A stretch of 64,000 nucleotides of DNA, from positions 124,001-188,000 of the forward strand of contig NW_026515676.1 of the NCBI RefSeq assembly GCF_025526975.1, in the 5' to 3' direction. A model generated the notes under the pieces. It worked only from the letters and a program-made list of their open reading frames with translations. It searched no databases and was not told the origin of the DNA. Position numbers and translations under genes: made by a program. Source of the stretch: Fimicolochytrium jonesii (Eukaryota). Below, piece by piece: positions 1 to 11,447 of the stretch (position 1 is the first letter of the stretch; each line of letters begins with the position of its first letter).

Positions 1-197
1 TTTCAGGGTGGAAAGAGGCAGGAAATAGTGGTGGAAGCAGTCTGCGCGGAGATTTTTCTACGGGCGTACCTTCGAACTCGAGTGGGACACGATTGTTCGG
101 TTGGAGGGAGCAGGCTCCCAGTCGCTTAGCGCTACTGCGTACCTGTAGTCCGCTACGCTGCACGAAGGAGGCATTATTGGACGAACGCAGGGATAGC

Positions 198-3100
198 ATG
201 GCCATTCACAAGCAGGACAGTTTCATAGCTATTCGGTCGAAAATAGGGCATAGACTACCGGCGGACTCTTCTGCCGCGGTGATGGGGAATCGGGTGAAGA
301 GCTCTGCAGCGGGAGGTGGGGCGTGGAAAACCTACGCGGCACCGCTGTCGGCGAAGAGCAGTCAGCACAGTCAGCGCATGGATGAAGATGATATGCCCGT
401 CGTTGTTGAGAGTTCATCGACAAATGGCAGAAACTCGATCGTCATCGTGGCGGACGATCCTGCCCATACCACACAGCTTCGAAACGGTGCGGACGGCCGT
501 AAACGCAAACGACGTGAATTAGAGAGGGACACGAAGCCAGGCGTCGAGGCAACGCCAACACTCGTGTCCATCAGAAGCCTGTCGAAGTCTCGCCGAACAC
601 CGGCCATCCTGCGGCGGATCAAAACGCCGCTGATGGATTTGGCACTGCCAGGCATTCCTCTGTCGAGAAGTCCGAGAAAGACGGGACTAGAGCTTCTGTT
701 CATGCGAACGGACCAATCGCCATCAGCCAGTCTGCGACGAACACAGGCAGCTGGCACAGGACGTCCGGCGGTGAAAACATTGAAAAGGCCGAGAACTCCC
801 GACCTTAAGATGGAAGATTTGAATGGACGAAAGGACAAAAGGCCCAGGCTTAGTGACAGCCTGCTCCTCGGAATTACCAAGTCACCAGCACCATCGAGGC
901 TTCGAAAGTTTAGGAGCAGAGGCGAAAGTGCAGGAGATCTAACGTTATACTTCTCACAAGAGCGGGATGCGTCAGACCAGAGTGTAGCGCTCACATTTCA
1001 ACCGTGTGAGTCAGCTCCGCGACCTTCAAACCCGCGGAGGTCCCTCGAAGACCAGCCGCGGCACTCCCTGGGATCTGAGTTTGACATGGACGAACTGCTG
1101 AGCGGCTCTGAGTCCCCGCAGCTGATATCGGAGTCGGACGAAACAGGGTCAACACGCGGCACATCATCTGCAGCCGCAAAGAATGCGCGTGTTACGGCGG
1201 TGCCAGGCCCCTTAAAGCTCGTCGAAGTTCCCAGTATCCGACCGCCGCCATCACTCAAAAAGGTTCCCACTTCTGCAGAGCGACAATCGCCGAAGCTCGT
1301 TGGAGTTCCCAGCATACGACTGCCCCCATCACTTGAAAAGACTACGACTTCTGCAGGACGGCAATCGCCAAAATTCGTTACAGTTCCCCTCATACGACCG
1401 CCATCATCACTTGAACGGACTGCGACGTCTGCAGGGCGGCAACTGAAGCCCGATCGTCCGATCTCACGTTCACGGTCAGATATGGGAGCGCGTGCGATAA
1501 ATGACGCCTCTGCGTCGGCACTTCATGCTGAGCCGACTGGAGATGTGCTGGAACAGGATGGAGTGGCGGCGGCAAATGCTCCAAAACGGTCACGTCTTGC
1601 GCGGCAGTCGTCTTCCAGGGTGGAAGTCATCCCGCCCCCGCAGAGCAAGCTGACGAAATCTTCAACCGACATCCCGTTCTCCCACGTCGCTCGGGCAGGG
1701 AGAGCCAACATGGACGGTAATGGCACGACGATGGCAAGACATTCCCAAACACGGCAGAAAACACCAGCAAAGTCTGAGCGCCCAGGCCGGAAAAGCACAC
1801 CGCCAATGCACGAGGCCTCATCATCCGATACATTTGCGCCATTCGTAGCTGTAAAGTCAGAACCGGCTTTCCACGGCCTTCGAAAGCGTCAACGAGCGCC
1901 TCGGACGTCCATCCTGGCGGCGTTGCAACCGTTCATTGGGTCGAGCAAAAGCCCGAAAAGGGAGCCTGGCACTTTGGGGTCTCAACGCCGGCGGTCGGTT
2001 ACTCCAACGACTCGGCGTTCAAGGACGCCGCCTGCAGCTGACATCATTTTGGACCCAGGCGAAGCGAAAAATGGATTTGCTTCATATAGCACGTCGCGAA
2101 CGACCAGACGTGGAAGCTCCGCGGTGTTGATAACTATGGAATCGCCGAAAATATCAGTAAACGGCACGACGGACGCAACTACAGTTGGAGTGGAGCGCGA
2201 GGCAGCGGTCATTCAACCGGTGACCGAACAGTTGGAGAAATCGTCCAGCGTTACAGCTTCTTCTGTTGATGGACAAGTTGAAGCCCTAGCGGTTGCCGAG
2301 GTTTCCGTTGAAGCGACAAGCACGCCGCAGAGTGGTCGTCCCGTGACCACTGCGATCCCAGGGCTATCAGCAAATGACTCTCCTGGCACTACTACAAATG
2401 CTGTGCCGCGCTCTACAGCCTTCAATAAAGATGTGGCCGACCCATGTGCAGGTCCATCGAGCGCAAAAGCATCCTCTCAGGGTATCCTGGCTGAACCCGT
2501 GGCGGTTCTGGAGATCCCCACCGAAACAACGCGCAAACTGAGAAGTGGACGGTCAACGGTCTCCATAACTACGGAAGCACGGAAGGTATCTCTCACAACT
2601 GGGACCGCTTCGACCGATCTACCGCGCAGCACAACCCTCGCTCAAATGGTGTCTGAACAAATGGAGGGTGGAGATAGATCAATTCACAGCGTGTCCCGTG
2701 TTCAGATTGAAGTTCCCGAAGGTTCCGACGAATCAACGAAAACGGAAACAGATGAGTCTCCCCATCATCCGATGTGGACGGCATCGGCGGGCCTCCGGAG
2801 TTTGCACGAGACCCTTCTCTCCTGTATGGAACCGCCCGCGGTCAGCTCTAACGATGGGGAGAGAAAGCAATCACCCCCAGTGACGACCACCCTGAGCACG
2901 CCTGCCGTTTCCCAGTCAACGAACACGCCAAGATCGATCGCGATCTCGCAGTCGAAGGATACGCGCCCTGCGGCCGTCTCCGTGCAAACCCCATTCACTC
3001 CCAACAAAAGCAATGCGTCTCTCCTAAAACCACCATCCGTCTCGAGCGTCGTCATTCCGCCCAATGCAACTGCGCTGGCAAGTCCGAAGCGCCAAATCTC

Positions 3101-4002
3101 CGTGCTTACACCCGGCAAACCACACCTTGCTCCACATAAAATGCCGACAACACCAAATGCACGCTTCTCCGCCCAACGCAAGCACCAGCCTTCAAGCTCC
3201 AAAAGCATCTTTGACTTCCCGGACAGCCAGGAAGCCGATGTTCCAACGTTTGAGATTCCGAAAGACCTCGCCCTCAATTCGATGCGTGCGCTCGCGTCTC
3301 CGCGTCCGAGTAAGACGTATCGGACGCCGAAGGTGATTGCAGCTCATGCCCTTTTATTCAGCGAAAGGAGTGAATCTAAAGTGATACTCATACGTACCTA
3401 TTGTAAACTCTTTAGCGCACGGTGCAAGCTTCCCATCGGCCTGCCATTGTGACCACGCCGCGGTCCGCACAGAACATCGGACAGACTCCCGACCGGCCAC
3501 CCACTACGCGTCCTGCTGTGAGCGCAATGTCCAATGTTTCCACGAGGGTGGACATGGTGTTACCGTCTATCACGCGGCAAGACTCTCTCAGCTATCTGTA
3601 CGCCGATCGCTCCTCGCAGGGCGAAGATCATGTGGGCCGTCTCGACCTGGTTAGTAACCATTTAACGCTTGTTATGGAGGAGCCAGTCGTTGGGTTTAAT
3701 GATATTTCCCTCGTCTTTGATTGCAGATGGCACTGCCAAAGTCTCAAGAGTCGCAAAGCCTGCCTTCGCTGGACATCGACGCCGAAATGCGCAGTATCGA
3801 GAGGTTTCTGGAACACGATGTGGATTTGCTGAAGGATAGGGCATCTCCCGCGAGTCTGACTTCGACGAGTAGACAGCCACAGTCATCTGGACGACCGGAA
3901 TTGAAGCTGGCACTGGGCGCTGTGAGGGGGTCTTCTGATGACATCTCGGAAGTTTCCATAAGTTCGGATCTGGACGATGATGATAGCGACGAGGAGCCTT
4001 GA
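198..4002 (+). CDS. Large Ser/Thr/Arg/Pro-rich, probably disordered protein of unknown function (3 exons)
   Basis: Long ORF from ATG 198. GT-AG introns 3333-3415 and 3650-3727 join the ORFs at 93, 3422 and 3721 in frame. Acidic C-terminus ends at TGA 4002. Basic NLS-like patches are present (RKRKRR). Confidence 0.75.
1215..1448 (+). repeat. Three tandem 78-bp (26-aa) coding repeats
   Basis: KLVEVPSIRPPPSLKKVPTSAERQSP / KLVGVPSIRLPPSLEKTTTSAGRQSP / KFVTVPLIRPPSSLERTATSAGRQLK, with units starting at 1215, 1293 and 1371. Confidence 0.9.
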
Positions 4003-4354
4003 GATATTTTCGGAGAGGCTTTGGCGCCAGCTGAGCCTAAGGCATGCGGTGCAGGCGTGCTCGGACCCCTGGCCATGGTCTGCTACCGAGGCTCGTATCG
4101 AAACGTCCTCAGGCGCTCCACCAGCGCAAATTTGAGGTGCCGCCCTTTAGCGTTAGGTATTCAATGTATGTATGTGGCGTTTGTAAGCGCCTCTCCATCC
4201 CTCAACGTTAGGACGTGAATTTGGAGGCTTGTAAGCCACCGTTTCATTCGAAAGTATCAGTGTAGCGAATCACGACAGATTTGGGTGCGGAGAGTGCTAA
4301 TATATTTTTGGAATGGCAAAACTATGTACACATGGTTACATCCAAAACGCCGCT

Positions 4355-5835
4355 TTACTTCTTGACAACGCGGCAAACCTCCGCACGCACAGGGAAGTTG
4401 TGCTCAATCTTCCCGATTTCGGGGAACCCTTCCAGCTCGACGCCCTTGCGGAACATCAAGCAGTGGGTCGACCCACCGAAGTGGAACATTCCGATCTGAT
4501 CTCCCTTCTTCACTTTCTGCCCTTCCTTCACCGTAATCTCGCACGTACTGACTTCCACCATCCCAATGCCGAGGAAAGCCATGAGCCCGATGCGGGGGTT
4601 GTCGGACTCGATGAAGATCAAGGCGCGCGTGGCCGTTGCCGTCAGGTAGCCCTGAGATATGCTCTCTTGCCTAATGTCGATATCGTGGTGATCGCCGTTC
4701 GGGTCCCCAACGCCTTCGAATAGGGGCTCGGAATAATACGTGCCGTCAACAACGTACGCTTTCTTAACGGTACCGGAAACAGGCGCATGCCAGCGATGGT
4801 AGCTCAACGCGCTGAGGAAAGCTTGGTACACTGTGCCGCCGATGAACTTCTCAGCCAAGGGGTCGTGGGCAAGCATATCCAGCACCGAGTACTGCTGACC
4901 CTTGTTCCAGAACCGATCGCGGGCCTGCACGTTTTTGGAGACGTTGTAGGGCTTGCTTTCGCAGGCATTGGCGATCACGTCGTCGTCGTCGGGCGACGCG
5001 ACGGGCCGGGCGCCTTCGCGGAATTGACGGGTAAAGAAATCGTCCCACGACTTATACCCATGGTACTTGGCAGATGGGTCGCACACGAAGAGGTCTTCGA
5101 ACTTTTTGCGCGCCGCGGCGTTCTCCTCGCCCAGGTTGGCCGTGATCTCCAGATCGTGCTTGCCGTGCTCGCTGAACCACCCGAACTGGTCGTTGCCAAG
5201 CACGGCCGCGCTCTCCTCCGTCGTGAGATATCTTCCCCACTCGTTCAACACCTTCTTTAGCATCTTGTTCACCTCCGGGTCCAAGAACGCCGCGTAGCCG
5301 CTCGGTGTGCCCATAGGCCAGTCCAGCACGGCGCCAATGGGCGTCCCGACCATCCCGACTTTTTGGGACTTGTCATTCCAGTGCGGCGCGACCGTCAAGA
5401 TGTGGTTAAGCACCTGCAACATGTGTTCGTAATCTCGAACTTGCTTGTGATTGCCGCTGGGATCCATTGTGTAAGGCTGCTTTTTCGGGATCTCTTCGAA
5501 CATGCCGCTGAATAGGAGGTAGAGTCGGGTGTTGTTGTCGATTAGATCTTTGAATTCTTGGATGACCGGATGGAGTGGCTTAGGGTTCTTGTCCACATGG
5601 TCTACCACCGAACCCAACCATTCTCGATGGATGCGATGGTCCGTTGGCATCCAGTCTCCAGGCCTACAATGAAGTAAAAACGTGAGCAGATGTGCGTCAT
5701 TTCGTATTCAGGGGGTAGTTGTGCCCAGCTAGATTTCTATTCCCGCCCCGATCGATGTCGCTCCGTTTCTCGATGTGCTTACCGGTTCCTTTTGTGTTCT
5801 TTAGGGACATCCTTGTTCCTCTGATGGAGTGGCAT
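4355..5835 (-). CDS. Phosphatidylserine decarboxylase family protein, PsiD-like subfamily
   Basis: 431-aa ORF with FFTR, YHRWHAPV and the self-cleavage motif FHFGGSTH. A short first exon (MPLHQRNKDVPKEHKRNR) from ATG 5835 joins it through a GTAAG...TAG intron at about 5664-5782. Confidence 0.9.
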
Positions 5836-6563
5836 TTTGGATGCAGTTGTGTATACGAACGTAGGTGTGTACGGGCTTTGTCCTTGGAAAAAGGACGAAC
5901 GCTGGTCTCCCTTTCTTTTTATATGCGCTCAAACAGGAGATGATGACATCAGAGAATGTGGGGAGAGCTCGAAGGAACGCGCGGCTGAGGAGGTGCGGGC
6001 ACGTCGGCGGCGACACCTATTAATCTATACACATGCACATGGGCAACGGCAAAGCCCCGACTCGCTGCGCACGCCGGATAATGGCTCTTGTCATTCACTA
6101 TCATGAATGGAACAAACACCCCGGTACAAAGTTGAACAAACAAATAACCCGGAAACAGAGAAAGAACTCCCGCTTCACTAGCCCATAGGCTCATATGTAA
6201 CTTGCAGCAGGAAGGATCATCCTACGCAGCCAGCAGGCCTAGGGTCCGCGGGGAGAGGATGCTTCATTCAGGGTCTCTTCAAGGCCTTGGCCCTCGAATG
6301 CTCGGTGGACATTCCGCCACTGCGTCCATCCGCCTGCATCGCCGTCCATGTCAAGGATCGAGTGCGGATTTCGGGTTTATGGAATGTTCTGTTTTGGAAC
6401 GACATGATTCCGGCGGGAGACATCGCGTCTTGCGTCAAAAACGCGTCATGATCTCAGTTTCGAGCCTCTCTTGACTCTCGAGTCTTCTGGCGGCGGGAAA
6501 TAGATATGGAAGCCCCAACAGTTCTCGTTCTATCATATATGACGCGCAATTCATGACGTCTCC

Positions 6564-7036
6564 TTTCAGAACAACTACATCATTCTTGTGGCCATTGTGA
6601 CGGCGTACCTCCTCCTTACCAACTTTTGGCTTCTTCTCACCATCTTTTACTGTACATCCTCGGTTGGTGGGAAGTTCGGGAGTGATCAGTCGGTGATGAC
6701 GCTTGACATGGTCTTTTTGCAGCGGGATGCAAATTCATTTCCTCCATGCCGGCGAACCAACCAACCACACTTCCGGGCGGAAGTAAGGAGAAACTCAGAG
6801 CCATTTTGCGTTCATGCCTCTCGCAAAATGGCTAATCTTCCCTTTTGCAGTCCTATCCAAGTCACCTCCACTCAACTCTGGCCGGTTTTGGCTTCACCTC
6901 GCTACTGTTTTTCGACATTTCTGGAGCGACCGGAACGATTTTCTACATGTTCGCGATATGCGCTCTCATCATTGGAGTGCACGCAGGGATGATGGAACCG
7001 CCGATTGAGGCCAGCTATTCCGAGCAGCAAGTTTGA
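6564..7036 (+). pseudogene. Disrupted PRA1/YIP3 (prenylated Rab acceptor) family gene
   Basis: FQNNYIILVAIVTAYLLLTNFWLLL, VTSTQLWPVL and the C-terminal IIGVHAGMMEPPIEASYSEQQV* match PRA1-family motifs. The segments lie in different frames after splicing, and no N-terminal region was found. Confidence 0.7.
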
Positions 7037-7070
7037 TCATAATGCATACAAGGCCAGCAGCCTGCAGTGC

Positions 7071-8037
7071 TTAGTTAAAAGACCCCTCTGCGTGCCCATA
7101 CCAGTTTGTCCCAAAGAAAGCTGTCAGGCTCTCTGGGCCAATTTCCCAGGACGAGCTTGGTTGCGACCAGACCTCTGATTTCAGCTCCCGGTTGATCTCC
7201 TCGATCGTCCGGATCCATTTCGCCACTCTGGCCAGATCCGTCGGCTGGCCATCACGACCAAAATCGCTAATCGACACAAAGCGGGCTACCGTGATGTGCG
7301 CCGTTGGCACCACGTAGCGGGCTTTGAGGGGCGTTCGCGACTTCCGAACCGCTTCGGAAACGTCCCTTCGCAGGTGATGATGGGTGTACGACGCAGAAAC
7401 ATCAGGAACAAAGCTTAGAGCAATGGCACCCGCATCAAAGCTCAGTTGCGGATGGACAAGTCTTGAACTTTGGCCGGCCAAACAATCTTTTATCCGGCCA
7501 AAGTGCGGACGCAAGACCTCGACCAGCGATGCGATCTCCTCGGGCGTTCTTGAGTGAGCGATCTCAAGCACGGTCAAGTGGAGATACGAGCCGGGCACGA
7601 TCCAGATGTCTGAAAACCAAGTTTAGGGACCAGCTGCCCCAAAAGAGGCTACAAACGGCGATGAGGTAACTGACTGGGTGCAAGGGCGGCCAGACGATCC
7701 TGGAGGTTCTTGACCAGGCCGCATATGTGTTTTGGCGGTCTTGCCCAAATGCTGAGGCCATTGCGCACATCGGGGACAGAAGGATTGGCCAAGAGCCCGC
7801 TCAGAACAGTATCTGGAACCATGCCTTCAAACGTTGAATCGAGCATTAAGTCTGCATTTCGTTTATTGCGGTTGGTCCTGTGTTGTTCGTACGCTGCGGA
7901 AATCAAGGCCTGGTGTCGGTCAGCAAGGTGGTGCGCGAAAACAAGCGGCATGCAACGATACAGACAGCATCAGCGGCGTTAGCGTCGATCAAAGCATCGA
8001 AAGGGTTTGTGTTGTCGGGAGCCTGAGCGGCCGTCAT
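7071..8037 (-). CDS. 2H phosphoesterase (RNA ligase / cyclic nucleotide phosphodiesterase-like)
   Basis: Two HxT motifs (YLHLTV, TAHITV) and WARPP. Three exons from ATG 8037 (MTAAQAPDNTNPFDALI) join in frame through GT-AG introns. Confidence 0.85.
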
Positions 8038-8420
8038 GGTTCCAGCTTACTGTATAGCTCAACGCCAGAGATGCCGGGAAGAGATGAAGCAAATCAGTCA
8101 CTCGTGTGTCGAGATTCTTGAGCAAGTGCCGCTTCGTCGTCGACGGCCGTTTGTTAAGGTTTTGCCGCTCGTGACGCGCGGTGCCAAGTTGCTGATGTGT
8201 CACACTGTCACTGGCCTTCCGCCAATGCGAGCCTCGCGCCGTCAGCGACAGAACCACTTTCGCACGCTGCATTGCACACCCCGGAACTTGGATATTCGAC
8301 AGTCATAACGACACCCCCAGACCCCAAGAAGTCCTTTGGGGCGAGGGGCAAAGAGCATTTGTCCAAAGTTCGTTTAGCGATACCTGCGTATCTTGCCTCG
8401 CGTACCCTCCCCGAAACACC

Positions 8421-9617
8421 ATGGGCGAAGTCGGCATCACAGACGTACCGGCGTCTCCAAGGGAAGCAGAGCTTACACTGGACGAACCCGCAGGAACGGC
8501 GACGCCCATCCTGCCAGTGGAACTGCATGTTGCAAACGACGGTTTATCCCACCGTTTCGCAAGCTCGTCCGCGGAAGCGGATACCGGTCTTACCGAGGAA
8601 GAGGAACCCCGTCCACCAGAACGGTCTGACGCCCCAGATGCAGGCTCCCTGGCAGAGGACGTGGGTCCTACACATGACGAGACTAGTGATAGAGATACAG
8701 CAACTGCGGCACCTGGCTCTCTCAACCCAGAAACGAACAGCACGGAAACGGGGGCGGTACCAGAAGAACATCGAATATGCCGCATTTGTTACGGGGGCCC
8801 AGCGGAACCAGATGAGCCGTATCTTGGCCGACTCATTAGTCCTTGCAAGTGTAAAGGGACGATGCGGTTTGTTCACACTGGTGCGTATGCATATTCATCG
8901 CAAACCGCAAGTGCACATCACATGAGAAAAGGGTGTCATTGACTTCTTTCGGTTATGCAGGGTGTTTGAACGAGTGGCGGAAAGTGAGTCGGAAGAAGGA
9001 GAGCTTCTACCAATGTGATCATTGCCTTTATAAGTATCACTTCCGGCGGACGACGTGGGCACATTGGTTGACGAATGAAGGTGAGCTTCTCGGGTCGTCA
9101 ATGGTGAATGGATCTCACCGTTATTGAGCATCACCTCCGACTCACCCACCTAGCGATCGTAACACTCATAACCATCGGAGTCTTCCTATCGGCCGTCATC
9201 CTCGCCGGTTTCGTCGGGAAGCTTCTCGTGTTCCTGATGTCAGACGACGAGGAACCTGAAGCTGCGGACGATGATGCCGTGCTCTGGTTCCTTCAAGGCT
9301 CTCGCATCTCCTTCTGGGCGGCGGACCGCGCTCACGTGTACGAGTACATCGTCGAGCATTTCCTCTGGGGATTTAGCGTTGTGGGGATGTTGGGCTTGTC
9401 TCAGATGGTCGTTCCGTTGTTCAGCGGGCCCTGGGCGCCGAGGTTACCACGAATCAGGAATTGGAATGAAAGCAGCGGATCAATCGTGCTTATCGTGTCG
9501 ATGTGCATTGGGGCGGTCAGAGCGTTGTGGTTTATCTGGAAGGCGGTCAGGAAGTGGAGCAGGCAGAAACTTTCGAGGATGGAATTGGCGATTTTGGATG
9601 TTTCCGCAGATGCGTAG
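8421..9617 (+). CDS. RING-CH (MARCH-type) membrane E3 ubiquitin ligase
   Basis: The C4HC3 pattern CRIC...SPCKCKGTMRFVH.GCLNEW...CDHC spans intron 8881-8960. The last exon carries hydrophobic TM segments. Confidence 0.9.
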
Positions 9618-9919
9618 GATGTGGACGGCACGGAGGCAGTGCGAGGAGCACAGCGATACGCGTACTATGTAGCTTCTCTATCACCTCCTCAAAGTGATCT
9701 CACGGCGACATAGGTTTAGGCCGAGACCCAAAGCCACAGGGGAAACTCCCATAATGACACGCGCATCCCGCTTCCGCATCCCGTTGCAAAGTAGTTAGGA
9801 ATTCCCAATCACCCGCACGAATGAACTAAACAGAAGGCGTTATAATTCAAGATCTCGCACCATCGTCGTGCCCTGTTACATAGTCTTCTGAGCCTGCGCT
9901 AACAGCTAGCTACCTAACC

Positions 9920-11239
9920 CTATTTGTTCTCCGTCTCTGTCCAAAATTCCCATGGGAAGCCTTGAGGAATATATTCCGGTTTATCGTGAATGAAGCCTAC
10001 CAGCCACTCCAAAGCGTCCTACCCACATCGACCGGGGTTAGAGAATACACAGATGAAGGAGAAAGCGAACAAGTCAGGGAGGCTTACCACCAATCGCGGC
10101 CCGGGGCGATTGAACATAGCATCCCCATCAACAACAGCAATCTTCTCGCAGTGAGCCGTCGCATCCTTCCACCAATCCAACTTCATCGCCAGCCTGGCTT
10201 CCCGCTTGGCATCCTCCAAGTTGAGCCCACATGGGCATATGATGATGATCTCGGGTTTACTGTCGATGACAGCTTGAGCGCGGGTGCGCACTGACGGACC
10301 AGCGCCTTCCTCGGAGGTCGCTGGCGCAATCGGGTGGCTTGCCCCGGCCATCTCGATCAGTTGTGGCGTCCAGTGACCGCCTGGGTAGATAGGATCCGTC
10401 CATTCCAAGAATGCAACTCGTTTGCGCCTGCCGCCCGATGCTTCCAAGAGCGCCGCCCCGCGGGTCTTTGCTTCGGCGATCCTCTTCTCCAGGTTCTTGA
10501 TCGTCTCGGCCGCCTCGGCTTCCATGTTGACTGCCCGCCCAACTTCTGCGATGTTGTGCAAAATGTCTTGCAGGCTCATTGGGTTCAGTGTCACAACTTC
10601 TGGAGAGGGGTTCATCTTTTGTGCCACTCGCTGGACTGTGAAAGCAGATGTGAGTGGAATAAGGAAGTAGGACGACGTGAGCAGACCAGCTTACCCGTGA
10701 CGAGATCAATGGCACAGACATTACAAAGATCCTGAGTAAGAATCACTTGCGGTTGCAGCTTCTCCAGAAGAGTCGTGTCCAATGTATAGAGACTCTACAA
10801 CTTTGATGTCTCGGTCAAAGAGTTCTCCAACACCTGAGACCGCTAGACTGAGCAACACACCTGCCCTTGCGCAAGAGCCTCGGAGACCTGCCGATCCACG
10901 TCCGCGGAAGTTGTAAAAGTGGTCTTTTGACCTGTCAGGATCGGTCGGTCGGTGATGCTGATTGGGTAGTTGTCCTTCCATAGTCATTCCAATTAGCGAC
11001 CTTCCTCCTAAATTCACCGTCGCCGGCCCAGAAAACGTCCGCAATAGCCCACCTCATGACTCCTTCCGACTAGCAGCTTCTCCCCTCCTATCAAGCATAG
11101 CATTTCGGTCGCCGAAGGCAGGACTGAGACCTGCGAGGTGAAGGGAAGTTAGCGAGGCCCTCGACCGGAGAAAGTCCCATTCAGAGCTCAAAACACCTAC
11201 CACCCGCATTCCCTTGGTGACGACGTTCCCGACGACCAT
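9920..11239 (-). CDS. BtuF/TroA-like (helical-backbone) substrate-binding protein, cobalamin/iron-siderophore-binding family
   Basis: The spliced product contains MRVVSVLPSATEML, GRSHEDNYP, FLEWTDPIYPGGHWTPQLIEMAG, CPCG, VDGDAMFNRPGPRL and DALEWL. Stop at 9920-9922. Confidence 0.85.
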
Positions 11240-11447
11240 TGTGCTTTTGTATTCTTCTATTCGGGTGAACGACAATCTCCGCAGCTCAACGGCGCTGTGC
11301 AAACCTGGCAAACCGGTCCGAGTGAAGCCGAAGTCGACCCCAGGCGCGTGGTTCTGATGAACTTTCGAACTTCAACTTCAACTTGAACTCTCGCTCCTTC
11401 TCCTTTCCCTCCCGTGTCCCCGTCGACTCCCCCTGTACCCAAAGAGG

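Noticed and set aside
9680..9915. Cobalamin or TPP riboswitch in the 3' region of the BtuF-like gene
   Set aside because: No B12-box or TPP core motifs are recognisable.
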